From Pseudomonadota bacterium (GTDB taxonomy: Bacteria; Pseudomonadota; Gammaproteobacteria; Burkholderiales; JBFMAC01), in NCBI GenBank assembly GCA_040756015.1, contig JBFMAC010000004.1, positions 132,278 to 196,277 of the forward strand: a DNA stretch of 64,000 bases. The letters are read 5' to 3'. The notes under the pieces were generated by a model. The model did not search any database, was not told where the DNA came from, and saw only the letters and a program-made list of their open reading frames with translations. Of this stretch, positions 1-10,475 are shown piece after piece. A program made the translations under genes and the position numbers. Within the stretch, counting starts at the first letter, position 1. Every line of letters starts with the position of its first letter.

Positions 1-2
1 AA

Positions 3-1141
<1,139 letters not shown>

Positions 1142-1148
1142 TTTGCAG

Positions 1149-2306
1149 ATGCATTGGCGCGTCGTGGTGGGGTTGCTGTTTTTGTGCCTGACGCCGGTGG
1201 TGCATGCGGGGATGGTGGATGACTTCATAGAGGACTATCGCGAGGCCAACCGCAACAGCGACACGGCTTACCGCCTCGACCTGGAAAACGACCTCTTCTT
1301 CAAGACGGACAACAATTATACCGACGGCATCCGCTTCACGCGCAAGCTGATCAGCCGCAGCACTTACGTGCGTACCAAGGAGGGCAAGAGCTGGTTGCCC
1401 GGTTATGACCTGGAGCCTTATATCGGTTCGCCGCAGGCCGGCGAAACCTATTACAAGAAAACCTTTAATATCCATCTCGGCCAGAACATGTACACGCCGG
1501 ACAACATCTCGAAGCCGCCTGGCCCGCTCGGCCCCGCCGACCGTCCCTATGCGGCATGGCTGTACTTTGGCGTGTACCGCGAGGTATACAGTTCCGAGGA
1601 GAAATACTGGAAATACGGCGTCGACATCGGATGTCTCGGCCCGTGTGCGCAGGGCGAACGGACGCAGAAATTCATCCACCAGTACATCAGCAATTCACCG
1701 CAGCCGATGGGTTGGGACGGGCAGGTGCGCAACGAGTGGGGTGCGATCTTCCGCTTCGAGTACGTGGCGCACGTGCTGCACTACGGCGATACGCTGGATC
1801 TGATTCCGCGCGTGCGCGTGGCGTTCGGCAACATCGAGGATGCAGTCGGGCTGGAGGCGACGCTGCGCTGGGGGCGCTTCAACTCGTTGTACGACAGCCA
1901 CGGCGCCGATACCCAGACCATAGAATCAGTGGCGCAGGCGGCGGGAGAGGCGCGGAGCGACGTCGCTGCACCGCTGTGGGAAAACCCGGCGCAGCGCTCC
2001 GAGTTTTATTTCTTCGCGCGTGGCAAGGCCAACGCCGTGCTGTACAACGCCACCCTCCAGGGCGGCATGATCAACCACAGCAGTCCCTATACGGTGAACA
2101 ACCGTCCCGAAGTGTTCGAGGGCGAGCTGGGGGTGGTCTACAACGACCGCCGTGGCTGTCCGCTGTTCGACGCCTTTTTCCCGGGGATGAAATGCTCAGT
2201 CACCACCAGCTTTGTGCGGCGCAGTTCGGAAGTGCCGGGGCAGGCGCTGAGCCCGTACAAAGTGCATAAGTTTGGACGGCTGCAAATAGGCTTCGAATTT
2301 GATTAG
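1149..2306 (+). CDS. Outer-membrane LpxR-family (lipid A deacylase-like, DUF2219) protein
   Basis: Inner ATG of ORF 1077-2306. Signal peptide ending VVHA. LDLENDLFFKTDNNYTDGIRF motif typical of the LpxR family. Confidence 0.6.
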   Translation: MHWRVVVGLLFLCLTPVVHAGMVDDFIEDYREANRNSDTAYRLDLENDLFFKTDNNYTDGIRFTRKLISRSTYVRTKEGKSWLPGYDLEPYIGSPQAGETYYKKTFNIHLGQNMYTPDNISKPPGPLGPADRPYAAWLYFGVYREVYSSEEKYWKYGVDIGCLGPCAQGERTQKFIHQYISNSPQPMGWDGQVRNEWGAIFRFEYVAHVLHYGDTLDLIPRVRVAFGNIEDAVGLEATLRWGRFNSLYDSHGADTQTIESVAQAAGEARSDVAAPLWENPAQRSEFYFFARGKANAVLYNATLQGGMINHSSPYTVNNRPEVFEGELGVVYNDRRGCPLFDAFFPGMKCSVTTSFVRRSSEVPGQALSPYKVHKFGRLQIGFEFD

Positions 2307-2318
2307 CCGTCAATGCAG

Positions 2319-3980
2319 TCAATGCGTCTTGTCGAATTCGGCATTGCGATTGAAATAGGCGAAGCAGGCTTTCAGGCATTCCTGCTCGCTCGCCGATGGT
2401 TCGATGAACTGGATGCCATACAGGTATTCGTTGCGGTTCTGTTTGTAGTCGGACCAGGCGATGCGCCCCTTGAGGTGCAGCGGCTTCTGCTGCTTGAAGG
2501 TGTCCAGGTCGTCGGTGGGCAGGAAGATAGCGAGCGATACCGGCTGCGTGGCGTCGATCGCCTCCGACAGCCTGAGGCGCAGGCCGGTCAGGCTGAAGTC
2601 CTTGCTGATGCCTTCCAGTGTGGTGCTGCCTTGGGTGGCCTTGATCAGCAGGTTGTTCTGCGCGCGAGGATGGTGGCGCTTTTCGTGCTGTGCGGGTTCG
2701 ATGACCACCTGGTTCTCGAACTTGAAGCCGGCCATCAACTCGTTCAGCTTGCCGGTCACGCCGTAGAGATTCTCGCCGATCGCCGCGGTGGTCTCGACCT
2801 TGGTTGAGCTTTCGCTCAGCGTCATGAAAAGTTTGTCCAGCGTTTTCTGCAACAGGCGGAAATTTTCCAGTTGGTCTTTGCTGGCCTGGCAGATGCCGCG
2901 GTTGGCGATGGCGGTTTCCTCCACTTCAGTGACCATGCTTTTGATGGCATTCTCGGTTTCGCTTGCCACCGACTGGTTGGCGTGAACCTTGTTGACCACC
3001 GAGCTCATCGAACCGGTGACGAGTTGCATGCTTTGCGTGAGGTCGCCGATGATGGCGGAAACTTCGGTGGCGGATACAGTGGTGCGTTCGGCGAGCTTGC
3101 GCACTTCGTCGGCGACGACCGCGAAGCCGCGTCCCTGTTCTCCGGCGCGCGCCGCCTCGATCGCGGCGTTCAGCGCGAGCAGGTTGGTTTGTTCGGCGAT
3201 GGTCTTGATCACTGCGATGATGTCGTGGATTTTTTCGGCGGAGTGTTCGAGGTTGTTGATTTGCCCCGACGCGCGATTGACTTCCTGCACGGTCAATTCC
3301 ATTTCCGCGATGTTCCTCTGCACCGTTAGGATGCCCTGGCGCGCGCGTTCCTCGGTGCGCTTGGCGCGTTCCGTCGCCGATTCGGCATTCGACTGCACCG
3401 TTTCGGATATTTCCTGCAAGCGGTCGGTGGCGTTGCTGACCTCGTTGGAGCGGTTCTGCTCTGCCTTGCTGACTTCCGCGATTTCGTTGGAAATCTTGGC
3501 GATCTGGTAGGCCGATTGCCCCATGCGTTTGCCGCTGTCGTTGATCTCGCGCATGATGGTGTTAAGCTTGGCCAGCATGGCGTTGAAGCCTTTTTCCAGT
3601 TGTCCGATCTCGTCGTGGGAGGTGTTCTCCACCCCCTTGGTCAGGTCGCCATGCTCGACGGCGCGTAGCGCCTGGCATAGTGCCAGGATGGGTTTGACGA
3701 ACAGTGTCGCCAGGAAGCCGATGACGAAGAATTGCAGCACGAATTCGATGCCGGATTCCCAGAAGGAATTGAAGATGTAGGCGTTGTGGTTGGCTTCGAG
3801 CTGCTCGATGATTTGCGCGCTGGCGCCGCCAGTCTGGGCGATTTCCACCATTTTGGTCAGTTCGTGCGACGCCAGCATGCGGTTGTAAATGGTGGTGACC
3901 ATGGTGACCACCATGAAAGCGATCTGTAGTTTCCAGCGGATGCTCAATTCGTGAAAACGGCTGGCGATGGATGAAAACAT
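2319..3980 (-). CDS. Methyl-accepting chemotaxis protein with HAMP and C-terminal PilZ domain
   Basis: 553-aa ORF. Two N-terminal TM helices, HAMP, MCP hairpin signature [37 protein letters not shown]-terminal RHHPR...DFSLTG matches PilZ RxxxR/DxSxxG. Confidence 0.9.
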   Translation of the reverse strand: MFSSIASRFHELSIRWKLQIAFMVVTMVTTIYNRMLASHELTKMVEIAQTGGASAQIIEQLEANHNAYIFNSFWESGIEFVLQFFVIGFLATLFVKPILALCQALRAVEHGDLTKGVENTSHDEIGQLEKGFNAMLAKLNTIMREINDSGKRMGQSAYQIAKISNEIAEVSKAEQNRSNEVSNATDRLQEISETVQSNAESATERAKRTEERARQGILTVQRNIAEMELTVQEVNRASGQINNLEHSAEKIHDIIAVIKTIAEQTNLLALNAAIEAARAGEQGRGFAVVADEVRKLAERTTVSATEVSAIIGDLTQSMQLVTGSMSSVVNKVHANQSVASETENAIKSMVTEVEETAIANRGICQASKDQLENFRLLQKTLDKLFMTLSESSTKVETTAAIGENLYGVTGKLNELMAGFKFENQVVIEPAQHEKRHHPRAQNNLLIKATQGSTTLEGISKDFSLTGLRLRLSEAIDATQPVSLAIFLPTDDLDTFKQQKPLHLKGRIAWSDYKQNRNEYLYGIQFIEPSASEQECLKACFAYFNRNAEFDKTH

Positions 3981-4048
3981 CGAACTGATCCCCCCAATGC
4001 CTTGTTGCGGAAAGGCGATTCCCGGTGAGCCCCCTGGCTACGTGAAAT

Positions 4049-4075
4049 ATTTCGGATACCGGCAAGGAAACTTTA
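4049..4075 (-). promoter_or_regulatory. Sigma-28 (FliA)-type promoter candidate for the MCP-PilZ gene
   Basis: Minus strand reads TAAAGTTT-N11-TCCGAAAT versus consensus TAAAGTTT-N11-GCCGATAA. Lies about 70 nt upstream of the ATG. Confidence 0.45.
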
Positions 4076-4244
4076 GGGTGGCAGAGGCGACGGATTTTGT
4101 GCTGTTTGTTAGCCGTAAGCATGGCCGGAAAATGTGCGGTGAGGGTGGCCGGGAAACATGCCTTGGCACATCATTCCCGGTGTGCGGATGTGCATGCGTG
4201 TTGACCGGCTGGGGACTAACCTTTAATATACGCACCTTCTCAAT

Positions 4245-4320
4245 TCCCCGATAGCTCAGTCGGTAGAGCGACGGACTGTTAATCCGCAGGTCCCTGGTTC
4301 GAGCCCAGGTCGGGGAGCCA
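4245..4320 (+). tRNA. tRNA-Asn (anticodon GTT), CCA encoded
   Basis: Cloverleaf read by eye: acceptor TCCCCGA/TCGGGGA, D arm GCTC..GAGC, anticodon loop CTGTTAA, T arm CCTGG-TTCGAGC-CCAGG. Confidence 0.95.
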
Positions 4321-4391
4321 GGATCATGAAGGGTTGGCGCGTCGCGCTAACCCTTTTGTTTTTGGCGGGGTGTCAATCTGGAATTCCACGA

Positions 4392-5771
4392 ATGAAGTGG
4401 CTGAAGCGGGTGCTGCTGGTTTTGCTGGCGCTGGTTGCGCTGTTGGCGGCGGTTCCCTATTTCCTGCCGCTCAGCACCTATATTCCCATCATCGAAGGGG
4501 CGCTTTCCCAGGAGTTCAAGCAGCCAGTGAAAATCGGCCGGCTCAAGGCCGCCGGCATGCCGTTGCCGCACCTGATCCTCGAAGAAGTCAGCGTCGGCGA
4601 GCCGGCCAAGGTGACGATCGCGGCCGTCAAGCTGGTACCGGAACTGCACTCCCTGCTCGACGACACCAAGGTATTGCGCCGCATCGAACTGGAGGGCGGG
4701 GCGGGTGACGAATGGGTGCTGGATGCTGTACCGCGCTGGCTGGCGGCGGGAACGTCACCAGCGGTGCGGGTGGAACGCATCAAGCTGGTCAATAGCGTGC
4801 TGAGAGTGAAAAAGTCCTTCATCGGCCCCTTCGATGCGGACGTGTTTTTGGATGCGGGAGGGGGTCTGAGCGGTGCCAGGGCGGATATGGCGGATGGCTC
4901 CCTGAGCCTCACCCTCAAGCCGGGCAAACAGGGCGGCTATCTTCTGGATGCCAGCGCCAACAATTGGAACCCGCCGTTGCAGCCCGCCCTGCACATCGAC
5001 GCCATGAAGTTGCAGGGCCGGCTCAATACCGGCGAACTGTTGGTGAACCGGCTCGATGCGCGCGTGTTCGGCGGCACTGCCGCCGGCAATGGCCGCCTTG
5101 CCTGGCGCAAGCAGTGGCAGCTTGCGGGCACGTTGAACGGCCAGGACATCGAAATCAGGCAGCTGGTCGCGCTGGTCCAGCCCAAGGTCGCGGTGAGCGG
5201 CAAGCTTAAGGTGCAGGCCCAATTCACCATGACCAGCAAGGAAGCGGCAAACCTGTTCGACAACCCCAGCGCGGACGCGGACTTCGAGGTGCGGCAGGGC
5301 GTGCTGCGCAACGTCGACATCGAAAAGGCGGCAAAGTCGGCGGGCAAGGGCGGGGTGCAGGGCGGTGAAACGCGTTTCGAGAATTTCACCGGCAAGCTGC
5401 ACGTGGAAAACCAGATGCACCAGTTGCGCGACCTGAACCTCGATTCCGGGATGCTCAACGCCAGCGGTGCGCTCAATATTGCGCCGGACAAGAAGCTGTC
5501 GGGCATGATACAGGTGCAGTTGAAGGGCAGCGCCAGCCTGGTGGGCATGCCGATGACGGTGGGCGGCACGCTGGATTCGCCAACGCTGCGCCCGACTACC
5601 GGCACCATGACCGGGGCTGCCGTCGGCACCTTGTTGCTCGGCCCGGGCATGGGTACTTCACTGGGTATGCGCGCCGGCCAGTGGATAGAGAAACTTTTTG
5701 GTACGAAGGACGTTAAGGACAACAAGGCTGCCGGGCAGGCGGCCCAACCCGGTGCCAAGCCGGCAAAATAG
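4392..5771 (+). CDS. AsmA-family outer-membrane biogenesis protein
   Basis: ORF 4326-5771. Start moved to MKWLKRVLLV because ATG 4326 is only 6 nt after the tRNA. N-terminal TM anchor plus an AsmA-like start (YIPIIEGALSQEFKQPVKIGRL). Confidence 0.7.
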   Translation: MKWLKRVLLVLLALVALLAAVPYFLPLSTYIPIIEGALSQEFKQPVKIGRLKAAGMPLPHLILEEVSVGEPAKVTIAAVKLVPELHSLLDDTKVLRRIELEGGAGDEWVLDAVPRWLAAGTSPAVRVERIKLVNSVLRVKKSFIGPFDADVFLDAGGGLSGARADMADGSLSLTLKPGKQGGYLLDASANNWNPPLQPALHIDAMKLQGRLNTGELLVNRLDARVFGGTAAGNGRLAWRKQWQLAGTLNGQDIEIRQLVALVQPKVAVSGKLKVQAQFTMTSKEAANLFDNPSADADFEVRQGVLRNVDIEKAAKSAGKGGVQGGETRFENFTGKLHVENQMHQLRDLNLDSGMLNASGALNIAPDKKLSGMIQVQLKGSASLVGMPMTVGGTLDSPTLRPTTGTMTGAAVGTLLLGPGMGTSLGMRAGQWIEKLFGTKDVKDNKAAGQAAQPGAKPAK

Positions 5772-5847
5772 TCAGTTTGTGGGTATTACGGGTATACGGG
5801 TACAATTCGCGCCGGGGGAGTTTGACTTGGATAATTCAGGAGCAATC

Positions 5848-6279
5848 ATGAGGAAAACGGTAATGGTGGGCGTGGCGCTGGTGGTACTGTCTGCGCCAGC
5901 GGTTTATGCAGGGCAGGTTGACACCAATGCGGTGGTCGGCGGTGCGATCGGCGGCGCAGTGGGCGCGGCAGTCGGTTCCGCCGTAGGTGGTAAGGACGGT
6001 GCCATCGTTGGCGCCGGGGTGGGCGGTGCTGCGGGTGCGGCGGTGGGTAGCTCCAAGAATCCCAAAGTCCAAGCGGCGGGCGCGGGTGTGGCTGCCGGCG
6101 CGGCAGTTGGTGTCATGGCCGGCCAAAGCGGTTCGGGTGGCGAGGTTGCGGCCAGCGATGACGAGGATTACAGCGAGCATCATGACCACGGCAAGCATCT
6201 GGGCCAGAAGAAGCACAAAAAAGACAAGCATGACGAAGGCCGCCGCAAGCATGGCCACGATCATGGGCATGACGACTGA
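5848..6279 (+). CDS. Secreted glycine-zipper protein with His/Lys/Asp-rich C-terminal tail
   Basis: Inner ATG preceded by cAGGAGcaatc. Signal peptide ...SAPAVYA. GxxxG-rich core. Tail is [33 protein letters not shown]. Confidence 0.6.
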   Translation: MRKTVMVGVALVVLSAPAVYAGQVDTNAVVGGAIGGAVGAAVGSAVGGKDGAIVGAGVGGAAGAAVGSSKNPKVQAAGAGVAAGAAVGVMAGQSGSGGEVAASDDEDYSEHHDHGKHLGQKKHKKDKHDEGRRKHGHDHGHDD

Positions 6280-6298
6280 GTCCTGAACGGCTCGGCGA

Positions 6299-6328
6299 AA
6301 AAGCCCGCAGCGCTGCGGGCTTTTTCGT
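6299..6328 (+). terminator. Rho-independent terminator
   Basis: AAAAGCCCGCAGCGCTGCGGGCTTTTTCGTTT: GC-rich hairpin plus T-run just after the stop at 6279. Confidence 0.8.
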
Positions 6329-6338
6329 TTGGCGAACC

Positions 6339-8504
6339 ATGATGCAGCCTACCCTACTCTTTTCCTACCGCCCCTATTGGGCCAAGCGCTTCGGCGTGGC
6401 GCCGGTACTGCCGATGTCGCGCGCCGAGATGGACGCGCTCGGGTGGGACGAATGCGATGTCATCCTGGTCACCGGCGACGCCTACATCGATCATCCCAGC
6501 TTCGGCATGGCGCTGGTCGGACGGCTGCTCGAAGCACAGGGTTTTCGCGTCGGCATCATCGCCCAGCCGGACTGGCGGTCGGCTGAGCCGTTCCGCGCAC
6601 TGGGCAAACCCAGACTGTTTTTCGGCGTGACCGCGGGCAACATGGATTCCATGGTCAACCGCTACACCGCCGACCGCAAGATACGCTCCGACGACGCTTA
6701 CACGCCCGGTGGCGAGGCGGGCAAACGCCCCGACCGTGCGCTGCTGGTTTATGCGGCGCGCTGCCGCGAAGCTTACCCCGATGTGGCATTGGTGGTGGGC
6801 GGCATCGAAGCCAGCCTGCGCCGCATCGCGCATTACGATTACTGGTCGGACAAAGTACGGCGTTCTGCGCTGGTGGACAGCAAGGCCGATCTGCTGCTGT
6901 ATGGCAACGCCGAGCGCGCCATCGTGGAGCTGGCGCACCGGCTGGGTAAGGGCGAGCGCATCGTTGATATCCGTGATTTGCGCGGCAGCGCCTTCCTGCG
7001 CGATGGATTGCCGGAAGGCTGGACAGAAATCGACTCGCGCAGCATGGACCGGCCCGGCAAAGTCGATGCCCATCCGCATCCTTATGCTATGACTTACCCC
7101 TCTCCCGCAAGCGGGAGAGGGGGAGAGGAAAAGGGTGGCAGTACGGCGATTCCGGCGCCGGCGGCTGTACTTAACTTCATCCGCCGCGTTGCTGCACATC
7201 CCGACCGTGCACACCAGGTGGTGCGCCTGCCCGCATACGAGGAAGTGTCTGCCGACCCAGTACTGTACGCGCACGCCTCGCGCGTGCTGCATCTCGAATC
7301 CAATCCCGGCAATGCGCGTGCCTTGGTGCAGCGCCACGGCCGCCACGACGTGTGGCTGAATCCGCCGCCGCTGCCGCTCACCACCAAGGAAATGGATTAC
7401 GTTTACGACCTGCCTTATGCGCGCCGCCCGCACCCGACTTATGGCGAGGCGCGCATCCCGGCGTGGGAAATGATCCGCTTCTCGGTCAACATCATGCGCG
7501 GCTGCTTCGGCGGTTGCACCTTCTGCTCGATCACCGAGCACGAAGGGCGCATCATCCAGAGCCGTTCGGAAGCCTCCATCCTGCATGAGGTCGAGGAAAT
7601 CCGCGACAAGGTGGCGGGCTTTACCGGCATCATTTCCGACCTGGGCGGGCCCACTGCCAACATGTACCGAATGGCATGCAAGTCGCGCGAGATCGAAGCC
7701 GCCTGCCGCAAGCTGTCCTGCGTGTATCCGGATATCTGCGACAACCTCATCACCGAGCACGCGCCGCTGATTGCGCTGTATCGCAAGGCGCGTGCGCTGC
7801 CGGGCATCAAGAAAATCCTGATCGGCTCGGGGCTGCGCTACGACCTGGCGGTGCGCTCGCCGGAATATGTGAAGGAGCTGGTGACACACCACGTCGGCGG
7901 CTATTTGAAAATCGCGCCCGAACACACCGAGGCCGGGCCGCTGTCGAAAATGATGAAGCCCGGCATGGGCAGCTATGAAAAATTCAAGGTGATGTTCGAG
8001 AAGTTTTCGCGCGAGGCGGGCAAGGAACAATACCTGATTCCATACTTCATTGCTGCGCATCCCGGCACTTCGGATGAAGACATGCTCAACCTGGCGTTGT
8101 GGCTGAAGAAGAACGGCTTCCGCCTCGACCAAGTGCAGACTTTCACGCCCACGCCGATGGCAATGGCGACTGCGATGTATCACAGCGGCAAGAACCCGTT
8201 GCGCAAGGTGACTGCCGACAGCGAAGCAGTGCGCGTGCCCAAGGGCGAACGCGTGCGGCGTTTGCACAAAGCGTTCCTGCGCTATCATGATCCCAACAAC
8301 TGGCCGATGCTGCGCGAGGCTTTGCAACACATGGGGCGTGCCGACCTGATCGGCAACGGCAGGCAGCACCTGATCCCCGCCTGGCAGCCGGCGGGCACTG
8401 GCGATGCCGGGGGCAGGCGGGGGGTGGAACGCAGCCCATCCAAAACGCGCACCCCGTTGCGGCGTGCGCAGTCTGCTCCGCGCAGGTCCGTCAGGCGACG
8501 CTGA
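6339..8504 (+). CDS. ygiQ: YgiQ-family radical SAM protein (UPF0313)
   Basis: 721-aa ORF. Conserved N-terminus ([16 protein letters not shown]). Radical-SAM cluster motif CFGGCTFC. Basic C-terminal tail. Confidence 0.9.
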   Translation: MMQPTLLFSYRPYWAKRFGVAPVLPMSRAEMDALGWDECDVILVTGDAYIDHPSFGMALVGRLLEAQGFRVGIIAQPDWRSAEPFRALGKPRLFFGVTAGNMDSMVNRYTADRKIRSDDAYTPGGEAGKRPDRALLVYAARCREAYPDVALVVGGIEASLRRIAHYDYWSDKVRRSALVDSKADLLLYGNAERAIVELAHRLGKGERIVDIRDLRGSAFLRDGLPEGWTEIDSRSMDRPGKVDAHPHPYAMTYPSPASGRGGEEKGGSTAIPAPAAVLNFIRRVAAHPDRAHQVVRLPAYEEVSADPVLYAHASRVLHLESNPGNARALVQRHGRHDVWLNPPPLPLTTKEMDYVYDLPYARRPHPTYGEARIPAWEMIRFSVNIMRGCFGGCTFCSITEHEGRIIQSRSEASILHEVEEIRDKVAGFTGIISDLGGPTANMYRMACKSREIEAACRKLSCVYPDICDNLITEHAPLIALYRKARALPGIKKILIGSGLRYDLAVRSPEYVKELVTHHVGGYLKIAPEHTEAGPLSKMMKPGMGSYEKFKVMFEKFSREAGKEQYLIPYFIAAHPGTSDEDMLNLALWLKKNGFRLDQVQTFTPTPMAMATAMYHSGKNPLRKVTADSEAVRVPKGERVRRLHKAFLRYHDPNNWPMLREALQHMGRADLIGNGRQHLIPAWQPAGTGDAGGRRGVERSPSKTRTPLRRAQSAPRRSVRRR
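7097..7122. repeat. Perfect palindrome (12-bp stem, 2-nt centre) lying in frame inside ygiQ
   Basis: CCCCTCTCCCGC-AA-GCGGGAGAGGGG, encoding ...[11 protein letters not shown]... in a linker of YgiQ. Confidence 0.9.
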
Positions 8505-8558
8505 TTTTGTTTCTGACCTGTTGACAGCCACCCAGAATCGACCCATTTCAGGAGTAAT

Positions 8559-8672
8559 TTCCACCGTGCCTTCTGGCTGGTGGCCTATATGAGCCAAAGC
8601 CACGAAATGCTGCTCGATGCCCATGCCCGTGCCTTTGCCGCCTTGGGCGGTGTGCCGCGATGCGGCATCCTG
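8559..8672 (+). mobile_element. Short relic of an IS21-family transposase (IstA) gene
   Basis: Translation FWLVAYMSQSHEMLLDAHARAFAALGGVPRCGIL resembles the IstA core ...Q.L..LL..H..AFEALGGVPREILYD.... No start context, and the similarity is lost after about 35 codons. Confidence 0.4.
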
Positions 8673-8756
8673 CGCGGATTTTTGCGTCGGCCATCCGGAC
8701 TATCCTTACGCCAACAAGTCGGCTTGCAAGGACTGGTCCGCAGGTTGTGGCAAAAA

Positions 8757-8786
8757 GAAAAGGGGCGCATGAGTGCGCCCCTTTTG
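8757..8786 (-). terminator. Rho-independent terminator of the aminotransferase gene
   Basis: GGGGCGCA-TGAG-TGCGCCCC flanked by an A-run and a T-run. On the minus strand the hairpin is followed by TTTTCTTTTT, 20 nt after the stop. Confidence 0.8.
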
Positions 8787-8806
8787 CATGGGTGCAGCAG
8801 CCTGGG

Positions 8807-10000
8807 TCAGGCGATCGCCTTGTGCATGCGCTCCAGCGCGTTCTTCAGGTTATCCATCGAAGTGGCGAACGACAAGCGCGTGTAGCCGTCGGCGCCGAAC
8901 GCCGAGCCCGGCACCACGGCGACGCCGCCCTGTTCCAGCAGGTATTCGCTGAAGGCGATGTCATTGGCCTGCTGGATCTTGCCCTTGGCGGCCAGGTTCT
9001 TGATCGCCTCGCGGGTGTCGGGGAAGGCGTAGAACGCGCCGCCGGAAGGCACGCAGTGCACGCCAGGGATCTTGTTGAGTCCGGCCACTACGAATTCATG
9101 GCGCTCGCGGAACGCCTTGATCATCGGGGTGATGCAGCCTTGGTCGCCGTTCAGCGCCGCTTCCGCCGCCACCTGCGAAATCGAGGTCGGGTTGGAAGTG
9201 CTTTGCGACTGCACGTTCTCCATCGCGGTGATGATGTTCTCCGGCCCGGCGCAATAGCCGATGCGCCAGCCGGTCATCGAATAAGCTTTCGATACACCGT
9301 TCAGCACCATGGTGCGGGGGTACAGCTCCGGGCAGGCATCGAGGATGTTCACGAACTTGCTGTCGGTAAGCAGGATATGCTCGTACATGTCGTCGGTGGC
9401 GATGAGGATGTTGGGGTGCTTTTTCAGCACCGTGCCCAGCGCCTTGAGCTCGTCCAGCGTGTACACGCCGCCGGACGGGTTGCTCGGGCTGTTGATCACC
9501 ACCATCCGGGTTTTGGGAGTGATGGCTTTTTCCAGTTGCGCGGCGGTGATCTTGAAGCCCTGCTCGATGCCGGCATAGACGATCACCGGTTTGCCCTCGG
9601 CAATCAGCACGATGTCCGGGTAGGACACCCAGTACGGCGCCGGGATGATGACCTCGTCGCCGGGGTTGATGGTGGCCAGTGCCAAGTTGAAGAAGCTTTG
9701 CTTGCCGCCGCAGGAAACCAGTATCTGCTTGGCGGTGTAGTCCAGCTTGTTGTCGCGCTTGAACTTGGCGATCACGGCATTCTTCAATCCGGGCGTGCCG
9801 CCTACTGCGGTGTACTTGGTGAAGCCCTTGTTGATCGCGGCGATGGCCGCATCCTTGATGTGCTGCGGCGTGTCGAAATCCGGTTCGCCGGCGCCCAGGC
9901 CGATGATGTCCTTGCCTTCAGCTTTCAGTTTGGCGGCACGGGCGGTGACGGCGAGAGTGGGGGAGGGCTTGATCGCTTGCACGCGGTTGGAGAGAGTCAC
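8807..10000 (-). CDS. aspC: PLP-dependent aspartate/aromatic aminotransferase (class I)
   Basis: 397-aa ORF. GAGEPDFDTP motif. PLP-lysine motif NGVSKAYSMTGWRIGY. Confidence 0.9.
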   Translation of the reverse strand: MTLSNRVQAIKPSPTLAVTARAAKLKAEGKDIIGLGAGEPDFDTPQHIKDAAIAAINKGFTKYTAVGGTPGLKNAVIAKFKRDNKLDYTAKQILVSCGGKQSFFNLALATINPGDEVIIPAPYWVSYPDIVLIAEGKPVIVYAGIEQGFKITAAQLEKAITPKTRMVVINSPSNPSGGVYTLDELKALGTVLKKHPNILIATDDMYEHILLTDSKFVNILDACPELYPRTMVLNGVSKAYSMTGWRIGYCAGPENIITAMENVQSQSTSNPTSISQVAAEAALNGDQGCITPMIKAFRERHEFVVAGLNKIPGVHCVPSGGAFYAFPDTREAIKNLAAKGKIQQANDIAFSEYLLEQGGVAVVPGSAFGADGYTRLSFATSMDNLKNALERMHKAIA

Positions 10001-10045
10001 GGTTTTTCCTTTAGAACAAATGCGGCGCGGGAGGCGCTACGACGT

Positions 10046-10351
10046 TTACGGTTGGGGTTGAAAAAGCCGCCATTTTACCCGCGATTGCGGCAATTCCCAA
10101 TATCCCCGGCAGGGGTGCGCTTCCAGTTTTGGATAGGGTGGGGTAGGGGTATGTGGCCACTGCATTCGCGCCCGGATAGGATCGCCGACGAGCACGGCCG
10201 CCAGATACAACGCTTCTTCCTCCGTCTGCGCATGCAATGCCAATTGTTCGGTCAGCCGTCCATACTTCGTTGCATGCTCGGTATGAGCCGCAAGGCGGAG
10301 TTTTTCAACAGTCGCGCGAATGGCCTTGTGTTCCCCGATCATTCTGGGCAC
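10046..10351 (-). pseudogene. Hemerythrin-like (HHE cation-binding) domain fragment, probably N-terminally truncated
   Basis: MIGEHKAIRATVEKL...LALHAQTEEEALYLAAVL resembles the second half of hemerythrin-like proteins. The upstream frame has no ATG before a stop. The tail runs into the aspC promoter region. Confidence 0.3.
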
Positions 10352-10475
10352 TGCGATTTCGCGCCCCAGCCTAGGGCTTGAGGGTGTTTGGCGCTGGCGG
10401 TACCCACGTTTGCCTGTGTCTTCGTGCTTGGCTGTTTGGCAAACGCTACATTAGCCGTACAATGTCCGGCTTACC

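Noticed and set aside
5904-6116. Pro/Ala-rich 70-aa ORF antisense to the glycine-zipper gene.
   Set aside because: It is the mirror image of GGN/GCN codon repeats. The sense gene has a signal peptide, an RBS and a terminator.
6354-8624. 756-aa ORF on the minus strand opposite ygiQ. Similar very long antisense ORFs occur at 13966-16101 (opposite rne), 8660-10381 (opposite aspC), 33467-35272, 38598-40139, 42069-43748 and 45744-48002.
   Set aside because: The translations are Arg/Ala/His/Gln-rich low-complexity strings with no recognisable motifs. The opposite strand in each case encodes a protein with clear family signatures. Long stop-free antisense frames are expected in GC-rich coding DNA.
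10352-10475. SOS (LexA) box upstream of uvrB.
   Set aside because: No CTGT-N8-ACAG (beta/gamma-proteobacterial LexA) motif is visible. Only a plausible -10 (TACAAT) is seen.
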